Shown here: positions 9,002 through 20,624 of the stretch, piece after piece
How the letters are laid out: each line of letters starts with the position of its first letter
Numbering within the stretch: the stretch's first letter is position 1
NCBI GenBank assembly: GCA_047633255.1
Contig: JBLIEW010000009.1
Location: 39,056 to 103,055 of the forward strand
Direction: 5' to 3'
Length of the DNA stretch: 64,000 nucleotides
Origin: Colwellia sp.
GTDB taxonomy: Bacteria > Pseudomonadota > Gammaproteobacteria > Enterobacterales > Alteromonadaceae
The notes under the pieces: generated by a model
What the model was told of the DNA's origin: nothing
What the model saw: only the letters and a program-made list of their open reading frames with translations
Database searches by the model: none
Position numbers and translations under genes: made by a program

Positions 9002-9640
9002 ATGAAAGTTTCTTCTCAGACCGTAAAACAAAAATTTAGACAAATACTTGTCAGCTTTACCATTTTACTTTGTGCAGTTATATCTGCTCAAGCACAAGCA
9101 CAAGAAAATAGTTCATCAAAAAATAAACAAGGTTATATTATTGATGAACTATCGATATACATGCACACAGGTCCTGGTACAAATTACCGCATATTAGGCA
9201 CAATTAATGCCGGTTCAGAGATAAAAACAACCGGTAAATCAGAGAAAGGCTATAGTGAAATTATTGATGATAAAAATCGCAATACCTGGGTAGAAACAAA
9301 ATACCTCACCACTAAACCTGGTTTGCGTTATATTGTTGCAGAGCTTAATGGCAAAATAGCCAATAGTAGTGATTACACTAGTCAGCTTGACGGTGAGGTT
9401 AATCAATTAAGAAGTTCTGTGGAAATACTGACTAAAGATAAAAATGAACTGTTAACTCAATTAAAACAAGCTGAACAACAACTTAAAATGACCCTGAGTA
9501 AAGTGAAAGATCAAGATACCAAAATTCTAACGCAACGTTTTTATAATGGCGCAATAGTCTTAGTTATCGGTTTATTTTTAGGCTTGATTGTACCCAGAAT
9601 TTTTGCTCGCCGTAAAAGCTCAATGGACAGTTGGAGCTAG
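9002..9640 (+). CDS. ygiM: SH3-domain inner-membrane protein (YgiM-like)
   Basis: Signal peptide, YMHTGPGTNYRILG SH3 motif, coiled coil, C-terminal TM and basic tail. Confidence 0.75.
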   Translation: MKVSSQTVKQKFRQILVSFTILLCAVISAQAQAQENSSSKNKQGYIIDELSIYMHTGPGTNYRILGTINAGSEIKTTGKSEKGYSEIIDDKNRNTWVETKYLTTKPGLRYIVAELNGKIANSSDYTSQLDGEVNQLRSSVEILTKDKNELLTQLKQAEQQLKMTLSKVKDQDTKILTQRFYNGAIVLVIGLFLGLIVPRIFARRKSSMDSWS

Positions 9641-9650
9641 TAAGAGCTTG

Positions 9651-10745
9651 ATGAAAATATTAGTCATTCCAAATAGAGGGCGTTCATACAACGCTGTTCG
9701 TCCCGAAGCTGAATGTTATATTGGTTTAGCGAAATTAGGGCATGATATTACTATCATGACCTGCATGACCAACGCCTACATTGAAGAATATAAAAAATTC
9801 AATATAACGATCATTGAATTAGCGTCACTTAAAAAATACAGTGGGGCGGTAATTAAGCAAATTCATCAGTATATCAAACAGCATGATATTGATATTGTCT
9901 ATGCAACTGAATCAAAAGGTATTCCTAACGCCGCTTTTGGTTGTATTGGTACCAGGGCAAAAATGATCGCTTATCGTGGCACCTCGGGCGGCATGTATAA
10001 AACCGATCTCAGTAATTATCTTTGCATGCTTCACCCAAGAATTAATGGCGTAATTTGTGTTTCTAGTGCCGTTACCATTAATGTAAAAAGCAAAGTCAGG
10101 AAGTCAATAAGAGCTAATGTAAAAACTATTTATAAAGGCCACGATTTGAATTGGTATCAAGACCCTGCTGTTGATTTAACAACACTTGGCAGTAATGATG
10201 AACAATTCAATATATTGTGTGTTGGTAGCCCAAGACCTCATAAGGGAACGCATATATTACTTGATGCTGCCAAAGAGCTTAGTGATATTAAAGAATTGAA
10301 AATAATTTTAGTTGGTGACAAATTACAGCGTGAGCCTTTTATTACTCAAATACAAAACTCGGGTATGAGCGAGCGTATCATTTTAACCGGGTTTCGTAAT
10401 GATGTTCCCGCGATAGCCAAAGCCTGTGACCTTTTAATCCTCCCCTCCCTAAGTAAAGAAGGATTAACAAGAACCGTATTAGAGTCATTATCTAATGGTA
10501 CCCCTGTGGTATCTTCAGCCAATGATGGTGTAGTTGAGACTATTGAAAATGGCTTTAATGGTTATCTTGTACCCATTGGTAACGCCTCAGCCATTGCAGA
10601 TAAAATTAGAATGCTTTATCAAGATAGAAAAACATTGGCAAAGCTTGCTAATAATGCAACCGCAATCATCAAAGATAAAATGTCTCACCACAAAACAGTT
10701 ACTATTATGGAGCAGTACTTTAAAGAGGTAATATTAGCTAAATAA
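9651..10745 (+). CDS. Glycosyltransferase family 4
   Basis: GT-B motifs KGTHILL, GFRNDV, LILPS..EGL..LESL..GTPVV; start at ATG 9651 (MKILVI). Confidence 0.85.
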   Translation: MKILVIPNRGRSYNAVRPEAECYIGLAKLGHDITIMTCMTNAYIEEYKKFNITIIELASLKKYSGAVIKQIHQYIKQHDIDIVYATESKGIPNAAFGCIGTRAKMIAYRGTSGGMYKTDLSNYLCMLHPRINGVICVSSAVTINVKSKVRKSIRANVKTIYKGHDLNWYQDPAVDLTTLGSNDEQFNILCVGSPRPHKGTHILLDAAKELSDIKELKIILVGDKLQREPFITQIQNSGMSERIILTGFRNDVPAIAKACDLLILPSLSKEGLTRTVLESLSNGTPVVSSANDGVVETIENGFNGYLVPIGNASAIADKIRMLYQDRKTLAKLANNATAIIKDKMSHHKTVTIMEQYFKEVILAK

Positions 10746-10785
10746 TAAAATATAACAACGAGTTCCCCCTGACACTTGTAAGGAT

Positions 10786-11829
10786 CTAAAACCACCAATA
10801 ATTTAATTTCTTACGCATTTTAAGGCGTCTCAATAAATTAAGTGGTTTGCTTTTTTTCGCTACATTATCTCCCTCTAATAGCTCATCAGCAGCTGATAAT
10901 ACTCGTTGCGCGGATAATCCATCAACATAAGGATGAGTATTACTAATAAAGCATTCAACTTTAGCTTTTAACTCAACAGGATAAGAAAGTGCATATTCAA
11001 TGCTTTCTTCTAATTTATTTTCATCATGAATATTAACCATATAATTTTTAGGTGAAATATTATTAAAAGTAACAACTGGCTTATTCAACATTAAGAACAT
11101 CATTAATACAGATGAGGTATCACACACCATTACATCTGCTTGTTGTAATAAGGGAATAACATTGTCAGTTTCAATAAAGGATAAGTTTTCACTTTCAAGG
11201 CGTTTATATTGCTCAACGACATCTTTTGGCATTTTAGGATGAAACTGTATCAGCCATTGCCATTTGTCATTTTGACTTAAACGTTTGACTGTTTCAAATA
11301 AATGAGGTGCACAAGTCAATGCTCTAGAGAAAGTAGAACACATTAAAATTGTTGGCTTAGTGTTTTTACTAACCTTGGTTAAATCAAATAAAGGATCTAA
11401 AGCTGGCCAACCTGTTTGCTTTACTGAAAAGTGTTGATGTTGCTCTGCAAGCTCAATAAAAGGTAAGGTAGTATTTGGCCCTTGGGTACAATATAAATCA
11501 AAACATCCCCGAATATTAAAGTGATCTTCAAAACCACGTCTATTTAATTTTCCAGAATTAAATCCATGAAACACACCCACTTTAATTCCTGAAATAAAAT
11601 CAGGCACAACATTTCCCGGAATAAATACCACATCGGCTTGGTATTGTTGCACTGCGCTTACAGAATTAAGCCGTACTTCATTTGCCAATAAATAACTCGC
11701 ATTCACTTCTTTGCCCTCTAAAAACCAAGCAGCTTGATCACCTCTGGCTAAAATAATATTTTGCAGAGGCCGTAAAATAGCATAAGAGTAATTTTGAGAA
11801 ATATAAAACAAATAACGTTTTGCAGACAT
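10786..11829 (-). CDS. CDP-glycerol glycerophosphotransferase (TagB/TagF-like) family protein
   Basis: VFHG, TGWPALDPL, QFHPKM, ADVMVCDTSSV motifs. Confidence 0.75.
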   Translation of the reverse strand: MSAKRYLFYISQNYSYAILRPLQNIILARGDQAAWFLEGKEVNASYLLANEVRLNSVSAVQQYQADVVFIPGNVVPDFISGIKVGVFHGFNSGKLNRRGFEDHFNIRGCFDLYCTQGPNTTLPFIELAEQHQHFSVKQTGWPALDPLFDLTKVSKNTKPTILMCSTFSRALTCAPHLFETVKRLSQNDKWQWLIQFHPKMPKDVVEQYKRLESENLSFIETDNVIPLLQQADVMVCDTSSVLMMFLMLNKPVVTFNNISPKNYMVNIHDENKLEESIEYALSYPVELKAKVECFISNTHPYVDGLSAQRVLSAADELLEGDNVAKKSKPLNLLRRLKMRKKLNYWWF

Positions 11830-11866
11830 GAAACATTCAACTTATCGAATAAAATAAAGACATTTC

Positions 11867-11914
11867 ATACCAATTGAAGTAATTAATTAGTCAATTCATT
11901 ACTTCAATTGGTAT
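11867..11914. repeat. 17-bp perfect inverted repeat in divergent intergenic region
   Basis: ATACCAATTGAAGTAAT (11867-11883), 14-nt spacer, ATTACTTCAATTGGTAT (11898-11914). Confidence 0.85.
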
Positions 11915-12043
11915 TGATTCTCACCATTTTACCCTATATAACAACGATGAAAACACGTATAATTTAGTTTTTCTGCATTAACATATACTTTTCTTGATAA
12001 AATCAGATGGAATTGTAAAACTATTGAATGGATATTTCCTAGC

Positions 12044-13555
12044 ATGTTATCTTCTAAATCACTCTTAACAGCCCTAATTTTAACCGCAGGTATCACCTTA
12101 AGCACACATTCTCTAGCTGAACCTTGGATAGACGCGTCAGACATTTACTTAAAAGCTAACATTCAACTACTTGCTGATACTGGCCATATCATTACGCCAG
12201 TAACCACTTATCCACTAATGTGGCATGATATTATTCGTGATATAAAAAAAATCGAGCTCACTAATTTAAGTTCAAATCAGCAAAGTGCTTATCATTATAT
12301 TAATCATCAATTTAAGCTAGCCAATCGTAACCAAACGCGTTTAAAAGCCCAAGTTGGCATTGAAAACAAACGTTTTACTAGCTTTGGTGATCAAGTTAGC
12401 GATAAAAACAGTTTCAGTGTCCATTCAAGTATATTGTTCGAAAATTTTGCGGTTAAGTTTGCACCGAGTTATACGCAGAACCCTGTTGATGGCGATAATA
12501 CTCGTTTTGATGAAAGCTACATTGCTGCATTTGTTGGTAATTGGGTAGTTTCTTTTGGTCGTCAAAATCGTTGGTATGGTCCAACGTGGGATACAAGCTT
12601 AAGTTTAACCAATAATGCTCGCCCAATTACTGCACTGGCGATTTCACGGAAATCAGCCGAACCGTTTATTGTACCTTTTACTGAATTTTCTATCCCCTGG
12701 ACAGTTACTAGTTTTATGGGCCGAATGGATGATGAGCGTGTAATTAAAAACACTTTACTGTGGGGGTTTAGACTAAATTTAAAACCGTTTGAAAATTTAG
12801 AATTTGGTATGACTCGCTTAGCACAATGGGGAGGCGCTGGCCGCTCTCAAAGTTTATCAACTTTTGGTGATATACTTCTTGGTAAAAGCAACTGCGGTAT
12901 TGACGATGTAGTTTGTGATGGGAATACTAAAAACCCTGCCAATCAACAAGCAGGCTATGACTTACGTTACAGTTTTAACTTATTTAATACACCAATGAGT
13001 TTTTACGGACAAAAATTTGCCGAAGATGGTAGTGAGGGCGCATTTAACTATATTACAAAAGCACAACCACAAGTTGGCTTTGACGCACATTTAGCGCTTT
13101 TTGGTAAGCCAAGTACGGTTTTTATCGAATTAGCCGATAGCTTAGCTGATTGTGGAGAAAGAGATAATATTGGTGATTGCTATTACGAGCACTCAAGTTA
13201 TGCCACAGGGATGCGTTATAATGGCCGTACTGTTGGCAGCACTTATGAAAATGATGCGAAAACTTATGTGCTAGGTGCAATTTCCCAACTTGGCATAAAT
13301 ACTCGACTCACCACAAAAGTACGGTATTTAGACCTCAATTATGATAATAGTGACAAAGCTCCTGACAATCCTATCATTGGTAATACAGTAACTAGCATTG
13401 CTGAACAAGTTTGGATGATATCAAGCAGTGTTTTGCATGATTATAAAAACTGGCGTTTTACGTTAGCAGCAGAGGTAAGCCATTCAACTTTTGATAATGA
13501 CATTAGTAATGAAACAGATGTAAATGCGTCTTTTATGGTTGAATATAACCTGTAA
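12044..13555 (+). CDS. wzi: Capsule assembly Wzi family outer-membrane protein
   Basis: Signal peptide, LLADTGHIITPVTTYPLMW, GRQNRWYGP, LSLTNNARP, NQQAGYD motifs. Confidence 0.85.
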   Translation: MLSSKSLLTALILTAGITLSTHSLAEPWIDASDIYLKANIQLLADTGHIITPVTTYPLMWHDIIRDIKKIELTNLSSNQQSAYHYINHQFKLANRNQTRLKAQVGIENKRFTSFGDQVSDKNSFSVHSSILFENFAVKFAPSYTQNPVDGDNTRFDESYIAAFVGNWVVSFGRQNRWYGPTWDTSLSLTNNARPITALAISRKSAEPFIVPFTEFSIPWTVTSFMGRMDDERVIKNTLLWGFRLNLKPFENLEFGMTRLAQWGGAGRSQSLSTFGDILLGKSNCGIDDVVCDGNTKNPANQQAGYDLRYSFNLFNTPMSFYGQKFAEDGSEGAFNYITKAQPQVGFDAHLALFGKPSTVFIELADSLADCGERDNIGDCYYEHSSYATGMRYNGRTVGSTYENDAKTYVLGAISQLGINTRLTTKVRYLDLNYDNSDKAPDNPIIGNTVTSIAEQVWMISSSVLHDYKNWRFTLAAEVSHSTFDNDISNETDVNASFMVEYNL

Positions 13556-13603
13556 TATTAGGCGATATATAACTATTTTATCTAGGACTTAATAATATTT
13601 CAT

Positions 13604-13633
13604 TTGACAGTGTTAGAGTATATGCGCTATTAA
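13604..13633 (+). promoter_or_regulatory. Putative sigma70 promoter of leu operon
   Basis: TTGACA 13604-13609, 18 nt, TATTAA 13628-13633, about 40 nt before the leader ORF. Confidence 0.5.
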
Positions 13634-13674
13634 TAGACACATGATAATTTTTTGAACAAGTTTTAACTAATAAG

Positions 13675-13737
13675 ATGATTAAGCCAATTAAGCACAACAC
13701 ACTCAACCTCTTCCTCGCACTCATAATGCGCGGTTAG
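13675..13737 (+). CDS. leuL: leu operon leader peptide MIKPIKHNTLNLFLALIMRG
   Basis: Not in ORF track; 20 codons with four Leu (all CTC), upstream of a terminator and leuA. Confidence 0.8.
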   Translation: MIKPIKHNTLNLFLALIMRG

Positions 13738-13796
13738 GTTTTATTGCTTATTTAATTACTTCATTTATTAGAGATAAAAAATAAGATATTCAAATG

Positions 13797-13826
13797 AAAC
13801 CTGCGCTAACTAACGCGGGTTTTTTT
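13797..13826 (+). terminator. leu attenuator terminator
   Basis: AAACCTGCG-ctaactaa-CGCGGGTTT then T-run; leader end (GCGCGGTTAGGTTT) can pair with the 5' arm as antiterminator. Confidence 0.8.
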
Positions 13827-13894
13827 ACGTCTATGCGTTTGTTAGTTTTAGCAACTATTAGTAAACAACAACTAGGCATATAAAGGATAAGCAC

Positions 13895-15463
13895 ATGAGT
13901 AATAAAGCAGCATCAAATGACAATGTCATTATTTTTGACACCACCTTACGCGATGGCGAGCAAGCACTTAACGCTAGCTTATCAGTACATGAAAAATTAC
14001 AAATAGCCCTATCACTTGAACGTTTAGGCGTTGATATTATGGAAGTTGGTTTTCCTGTATCGTCACCCGGTGACTTTGAGTCTGTACAGCAAATTGCCCG
14101 TACAATTAAAAATGCCCGCGTTTGTGGTTTAGCGCGCGCCGTTGAAGCGGATATTGATGCCTGCGCACAAGCATTAAAAGTCGCTGATCAATTTCGCATC
14201 CATACTTTTATTTCTACGTCCGATGTTCATGTACAGCAAAAACTGAAAAAAGAGTTTGCTGATGTGCAAGCAATGGCTGTGCACGCGGTAAAATATGCAC
14301 GTAGGTTTACTGATGATGTAGAATTTTCTTGTGAAGATGCAGGTCGTACACCCATTGATAATTTATGTCGTATGGTTGAAGCCGCCATTGATGCTGGCGC
14401 AACGACCGTAAATATTCCAGATACAGTCGGTTACACTTTACCATTTGAATTTCAGGGCATTATTACCGACTTATTTAACCGCGTACCTAATATTGATAAA
14501 GCGATTATTTCAGTACACTGTCATAACGACTTAGGGTTGGCGGTAGCGAACTCGATGGCAGCCGTACAAGCGGGTGCTCGACAAATTGAATGTACTATTA
14601 ATGGTATTGGTGAGCGTGCGGGTAATTGTTCTTTAGAAGAAGTCGCAATGATCATGCAAACTCGACAAGCGTTATTAGGCGTAAATACGCATATTAATCA
14701 TCAAGAGATTGCGCGTACCTCTAAGTTGGTTAGTACGCTATGCAATATGCCTGTGCAATTAAATAAAGCGATTGTTGGCGGTAATGCCTTTAGCCACTCA
14801 TCAGGTATTCATCAAGACGGCATGTTAAAAGCCAGCAATACTTATGAAATAATGACGCCTGAAAGTGTCGGCATTGCTAAAACCAAATTAAACCTAACCT
14901 CACGCAGTGGTCGACATGTAATTAAACATCGCATGGAAAGTTTAGGTTATAAAGAGAATGATTATGATATCGAAGAACTTTACGCTGACTTTTTAGCGTT
15001 AGCTGATAAAAAAGGCCAAGTATTCGATGATGATTTAGAAGCCTTGGTATTTAAATTACAACAAAAAGATTTGAAAGATTATTACCGCTTGGAAAATATA
15101 AAAGTGCAATGTGGTGATGGTGATTTTGCTACTGCGAGTATTAAATTAATCTCTGGTGATGAAACCGAAAGTAAAATTCACGCCGCTACAGGTAATGGAC
15201 CCGTTGATGCTTTATATCAAGCAATTAAGCAAATTGCTGACATTGATTTTGACGTAAGTGATTATAAAATATCAAATAAAGGTTCAGGTGAAGATGGTTT
15301 AGGTCAAGCCGATTTAGTTATTACGTGGCAAGGTCGAAACTTCCACGGTTACGGTTTAGAAACCGATGTAATTGAAGCATCAGGACAAGCACTTATTCAT
15401 GCTTTAAATAGTATCCGCCGCGCTATGACCATTGCACAATTGAAACAAACAAAAGCAAGCTAG
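13895..15463 (+). CDS. leuA: 2-isopropylmalate synthase
   Basis: [35 protein letters not shown]. Confidence 0.97.
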   Translation: MSNKAASNDNVIIFDTTLRDGEQALNASLSVHEKLQIALSLERLGVDIMEVGFPVSSPGDFESVQQIARTIKNARVCGLARAVEADIDACAQALKVADQFRIHTFISTSDVHVQQKLKKEFADVQAMAVHAVKYARRFTDDVEFSCEDAGRTPIDNLCRMVEAAIDAGATTVNIPDTVGYTLPFEFQGIITDLFNRVPNIDKAIISVHCHNDLGLAVANSMAAVQAGARQIECTINGIGERAGNCSLEEVAMIMQTRQALLGVNTHINHQEIARTSKLVSTLCNMPVQLNKAIVGGNAFSHSSGIHQDGMLKASNTYEIMTPESVGIAKTKLNLTSRSGRHVIKHRMESLGYKENDYDIEELYADFLALADKKGQVFDDDLEALVFKLQQKDLKDYYRLENIKVQCGDGDFATASIKLISGDETESKIHAATGNGPVDALYQAIKQIADIDFDVSDYKISNKGSGEDGLGQADLVITWQGRNFHGYGLETDVIEASGQALIHALNSIRRAMTIAQLKQTKAS

Positions 15464-15491
15464 AAATAAGCCAAAAAACATAACAAATTAG

Positions 15492-16664
<1,173 letters not shown>

Positions 16665-16665
16665 C

Positions 16666-18090
16666 ATGACAACCGATACTGCACCGCAAACATTATATGA
16701 AAAATTATGGCAAACGCATTTAGTAGAAGAAAAAGCAAGTGAAACACCCTTGCTTTACGTTGACCGTCATTTGATTCACGAAGTGACCTCACCGCAAGCC
16801 TTTGCCAATTTACGTTTTCATAATCGCCCTGTACGTCACCCTGAACGTACAATAGCGACAATGGATCACAATATTTCAACTCGCTCTATCAAAATAGATG
16901 CCGCAGGTGAAGGTGCTGCTAATCAATTACGCGCGCTAGAAAAAAATTGTAAAGACTTTGGCATTGAACTATTTGGTATGGGTCATAAAAACCAAGGTAT
17001 TGCTCATGTTATGGGCCCTGAACTTGGTTTAACGTTACCTGGCACTATCATTGTTTGTGGCGATTCTCATACCGCCACTCACGGCGCATTTGGTGCATTA
17101 GCATTTGGTATTGGTACGTCTGAAGTTGAACATGTTTTTGCGACGCAAACCTTGCGTCAAACTAAAGCTAAAACCATGAAGATAGAAGTAAAAGGCCATG
17201 TGGGCAAAGGCATTAGCGCAAAAGATATTATTCTTGCCATTATAGGTAAAACTGGCAGCGCTGGCGCTACTGGCTTCGTAGTTGAATATTGCGGTGAAGC
17301 GATTGAAGCATTAAGCATGGAAGAGCGCATGACGGTATGTAACATGAGTATCGAATTTGGCGCTAAAGCTGGCTTAGTTGCGCCTGATCAAACCACTTTT
17401 GATTATGTTGAAGGTAGAGAATACACACCAAAAGCTGATGTTTGGCAACAAGCGATTAATGACTGGAAACAGCTAAAATCAGATGATGACGCCGTATTTG
17501 ATAGTATTATAACACTTGAAGCGAAAGACATTAAAGCGCAGGTAACTTGGGGGACTAACCCAGGACAAGTTACCAGTATCGATGGAATTGTTCCTTCACC
17601 TGATGATTTTAATGACCCAACAGAGAAAGAGTCATGTATCAGCGCTTTAGCTTATATGGACTTGGTTGCCGGTACTAAAATTACTGATATTAGCGTTAAC
17701 AAAGTTTTTATCGGTTCTTGTACTAACTCACGTATTGAAGATCTTAGAGCGGCAGCAAGTGTTGTTAAAGATTACACCGCCAAAGGCCAACGTGTGCAAA
17801 GCTCAATAGATGCGATTATTGTCCCTGGCTCATATAGAGTTAAAGCACAAGCCGAGAATGAAGGTTTAGATAAAACATTTACTGATGCCGGTTTTGAATG
17901 GCGCCTACCCGGTTGCTCTATGTGTTTAGGCATGAATGACGATGTGCTAGAAGAAGGTGATCGTTGTGCCTCAACCAGTAATCGTAACTTTGAAGGTCGA
18001 CAAGGGCGCGGAAGTCGTACTCACTTAGTTAGCCCAGAGATGGCAGCAGCAGCAGCAATCGCAGGTCACTTTGTTGATTTAAATAAATAA
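16666..18090 (+). CDS. leuC: 3-isopropylmalate dehydratase large subunit
   Basis: [42 protein letters not shown]; start at ATG 16666. Confidence 0.97.
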   Translation: MTTDTAPQTLYEKLWQTHLVEEKASETPLLYVDRHLIHEVTSPQAFANLRFHNRPVRHPERTIATMDHNISTRSIKIDAAGEGAANQLRALEKNCKDFGIELFGMGHKNQGIAHVMGPELGLTLPGTIIVCGDSHTATHGAFGALAFGIGTSEVEHVFATQTLRQTKAKTMKIEVKGHVGKGISAKDIILAIIGKTGSAGATGFVVEYCGEAIEALSMEERMTVCNMSIEFGAKAGLVAPDQTTFDYVEGREYTPKADVWQQAINDWKQLKSDDDAVFDSIITLEAKDIKAQVTWGTNPGQVTSIDGIVPSPDDFNDPTEKESCISALAYMDLVAGTKITDISVNKVFIGSCTNSRIEDLRAAASVVKDYTAKGQRVQSSIDAIIVPGSYRVKAQAENEGLDKTFTDAGFEWRLPGCSMCLGMNDDVLEEGDRCASTSNRNFEGRQGRGSRTHLVSPEMAAAAAIAGHFVDLNK

Positions 18091-18096
18091 AAGAAC

Positions 18097-18172
18097 CGTC
18101 ATTCCGGTTGTATCTTAAACCGAAATCTCGATTTAAAAACTGCATCCCCGATTAAGACACATCGAGGATGAC
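18097..18172. repeat. CGTC-tagged palindromic (REP-like) element between leuC and leuD
   Basis: Starts CGTCATTCCGG, ends GAGGATGAC (terminal inverted GTCAT..CC/GG..ATGAC) with two internal hairpins. Confidence 0.6.
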
Positions 18173-18196
18173 AAGCAAATAATTAAAGGTTCCATC

Positions 18197-18808
18197 ATGG
18201 AAAAATTTACCACACATACTGGCTTAGTTGTGCCATTAGATATCGCTAATGTCGATACCGATCAAATCATTCCAAAGCAATTTTTACAAAAAACTGAACG
18301 TGTTGGTTTTGGTGTGCATTTATTTCACGATAGACGCTATCTTGACCACAATGGCACAGAGCCAAACCCTGAGTTTATTTTAAATAAAGCTGAATATAAA
18401 AATACCAGTATTTTACTTACCCGTGAAAATTTTGGCTGTGGTTCAAGTCGTGAACATGCGCCATGGGCATTAGAAGAGTTTGGTTTTAAAGTTATAATTT
18501 CATCAAGCTTTGCTGATATTTTTTACGGTAATTGCATTAATATTGGTCTTTTACCTATTCAATTAAGTGAAGATGAAATTGAACAGTTATTCACTCAATC
18601 ACAAGATGCAAAGCTCACATTAACAGTTGATTTAACTAACAATAGTGTTTCTTTTGTTAACGAAACGGGCACTACAATCACGTTTACTTTTAAACTAGGT
18701 GAATTTCACAAATACTGCCTAGAAGAAGGCGTTGATAGTGTTGGTTGGACATTAAACAAGCTAGAAACCATCGAAGCTTTTGAAAATAAAATGCCAAGCT
18801 GGCAATAA
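18197..18808 (+). CDS. leuD: 3-isopropylmalate dehydratase small subunit
   Basis: NVDTDQIIPKQFL, NFGCGSSREHAPWAL, SFADIFYGN. Confidence 0.97.
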   Translation: MEKFTTHTGLVVPLDIANVDTDQIIPKQFLQKTERVGFGVHLFHDRRYLDHNGTEPNPEFILNKAEYKNTSILLTRENFGCGSSREHAPWALEEFGFKVIISSSFADIFYGNCINIGLLPIQLSEDEIEQLFTQSQDAKLTLTVDLTNNSVSFVNETGTTITFTFKLGEFHKYCLEEGVDSVGWTLNKLETIEAFENKMPSWQ

Positions 18809-18891
18809 ATAAGAAACACTGGATAACTAATATCTAGTGTTGAGTTACGAGTTGTCCTTCGGCTGCTCGTGCCTCGCCTTATCACTAACAC

Positions 18892-20466
18892 CTACCAATT
18901 AGTCAGCGCTGGTAAACTAAACTTTTCGCCGCGGTACGTTAAAATAATTTGTTGTGGCAATATTTTACTCAATTGTAGTTCAGGCGTGATCATATCCCCT
19001 TGATATCGATCTCTGCCATTTACATTTACCCAACCTTCACCGTTTGACGCATAAATATGCTGCTCAAAGCTTAACTTAGGCACACCATTTTGTACCCAGG
19101 CAGGCATTTGTGTTAGTGCTTTAATTTCGCCGTCAACGTTACTCATGGCTTTATCTTGCTGTAAAGGAATAGACTTATCTTTAGTTTCATCCATTGCGGC
19201 TTGAAAACGCGCTAATAGGTCCTCAGAAACGCCTTCAACCGCTTCAATTTGGTAGTTATCATCTACTTTATCTGTGTGTGTATCAGTTTTATTCAGATCA
19301 GCTGAAACCACTTTTTGTTCACGCTCTTTTTTAACGATAACGTCTGTGACTGGAGCGACAACCACCTTACTTGGACTAATAATCTCATGACTGGAATTCG
19401 AAGGTATTAATTTCTCTTCTGGTACATTATCTAACTTTTCTTGTTGTACCTGCTGTAACTTTTCTGGCTTAGTCGCAACCGTGACTTCTTGTTTTGCTAT
19501 TTTATTTGGTAGCTCGCTGCTTAACACTAACAACGGCTCTTTTTGTCCAAGCCAAAAGCCAATAATCAACACGACAAAGAGCATGCTAGTTATCAAGACT
19601 GCTTGCAACGTTTTATGCTGGTACCAAATAGGCGGTAAAAAATCATCTCCTAGTGCGTTACTCGCTGCTTTATAAATTATTTTTTTATCAATCACAGCAT
19701 TATTACTATTGTATGCCTCCATCAAAGCACTATGGCAAATCAGATTTATTAACCTTGGAATACCCTGCGACAATTGATGGATCGCAGCAAGAGCACTTTT
19801 ATTAAAAAGTGCTCTATGACAGTCGGCCACCGACAAACGGTGCTTTATATACAAAGCTAATTCAGGTTTATCAAGCGGTAATAAGTGATAACGCGCGGTA
19901 ATGCGTTGCGCTAATTGTCGTAAATCACGACGTTTCAACAGCTGTTGTAATTCTGGCTGCCCAATGAGGATCACTTGTAATAATTTTTTGGTGTCTGTTT
20001 CTAAATTAGTTAACAGCCGTAATTGTTCTAATACTTGCGGCTCTAAATGCTGTGCTTCATCAATAATCAAGACAGTATTGATATCATCAGCATGATTCTT
20101 TAGTAATTTTTCAGAAATTTTATCAGTTAATGTTTTTAACGTGGCACCGGTTTTACGATAACGAATTTTTAGTTGATCACAAATGGTTGCGAGTAATTCT
20201 TGGCTTGATAGCGTCGGATTCAAAATGAATGCTAATTGTGTGTTTTCAGGTAAGTCAGCCATTAAACAACGACTCACGGTGGTTTTACCTGTGCCTACTT
20301 CACCTGTTAGTAAAACAAAACCGCCATTACTACTACCACTAAAGCAACCTAAGCCATAGGTTAAATGTGTTAACGCTTCACGATGTCGATCACTCATAAA
20401 TAAGTATTTAGGATCGGGGGCGATTGAAAAAGGTAACTCACTTAACGAAAAAAAGTTTGTATACAT
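18892..20466 (-). CDS. ExeA/GspA-type AAA ATPase fused to a C-terminal GspB (T2SSB) domain
   Basis: PFSIAPDPKYLF, GEVGTGKTT, IIDEAQHL, LIGQPEL; TM helix; C-terminal LSFEQHIYAS..WVNVNG..QGDMI..IILTYRG. Confidence 0.8.
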   Translation of the reverse strand: MYTNFFSLSELPFSIAPDPKYLFMSDRHREALTHLTYGLGCFSGSSNGGFVLLTGEVGTGKTTVSRCLMADLPENTQLAFILNPTLSSQELLATICDQLKIRYRKTGATLKTLTDKISEKLLKNHADDINTVLIIDEAQHLEPQVLEQLRLLTNLETDTKKLLQVILIGQPELQQLLKRRDLRQLAQRITARYHLLPLDKPELALYIKHRLSVADCHRALFNKSALAAIHQLSQGIPRLINLICHSALMEAYNSNNAVIDKKIIYKAASNALGDDFLPPIWYQHKTLQAVLITSMLFVVLIIGFWLGQKEPLLVLSSELPNKIAKQEVTVATKPEKLQQVQQEKLDNVPEEKLIPSNSSHEIISPSKVVVAPVTDVIVKKEREQKVVSADLNKTDTHTDKVDDNYQIEAVEGVSEDLLARFQAAMDETKDKSIPLQQDKAMSNVDGEIKALTQMPAWVQNGVPKLSFEQHIYASNGEGWVNVNGRDRYQGDMITPELQLSKILPQQIILTYRGEKFSLPALTNW

Positions 20467-20624
20467 AAAACAGCGTTATTACTCAAAGGTAAAGTTGAAA
20501 AATTGCATTAATGAAACTAACCTTTTGCAGTAGGTATGTCTACGAATTACGCTCATACTTAATCAAAATTGTGATAAACTTGATTAATTTTAGCACATGT
20601 TTTAGCGAATGCTTGAGGGCTCTA

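Noticed and set aside
18845-18880. Hairpin between leuD and the ExeA fusion as a mobile repeat
   Set aside because: Weak stem; adequately explained as a terminator between convergent genes.
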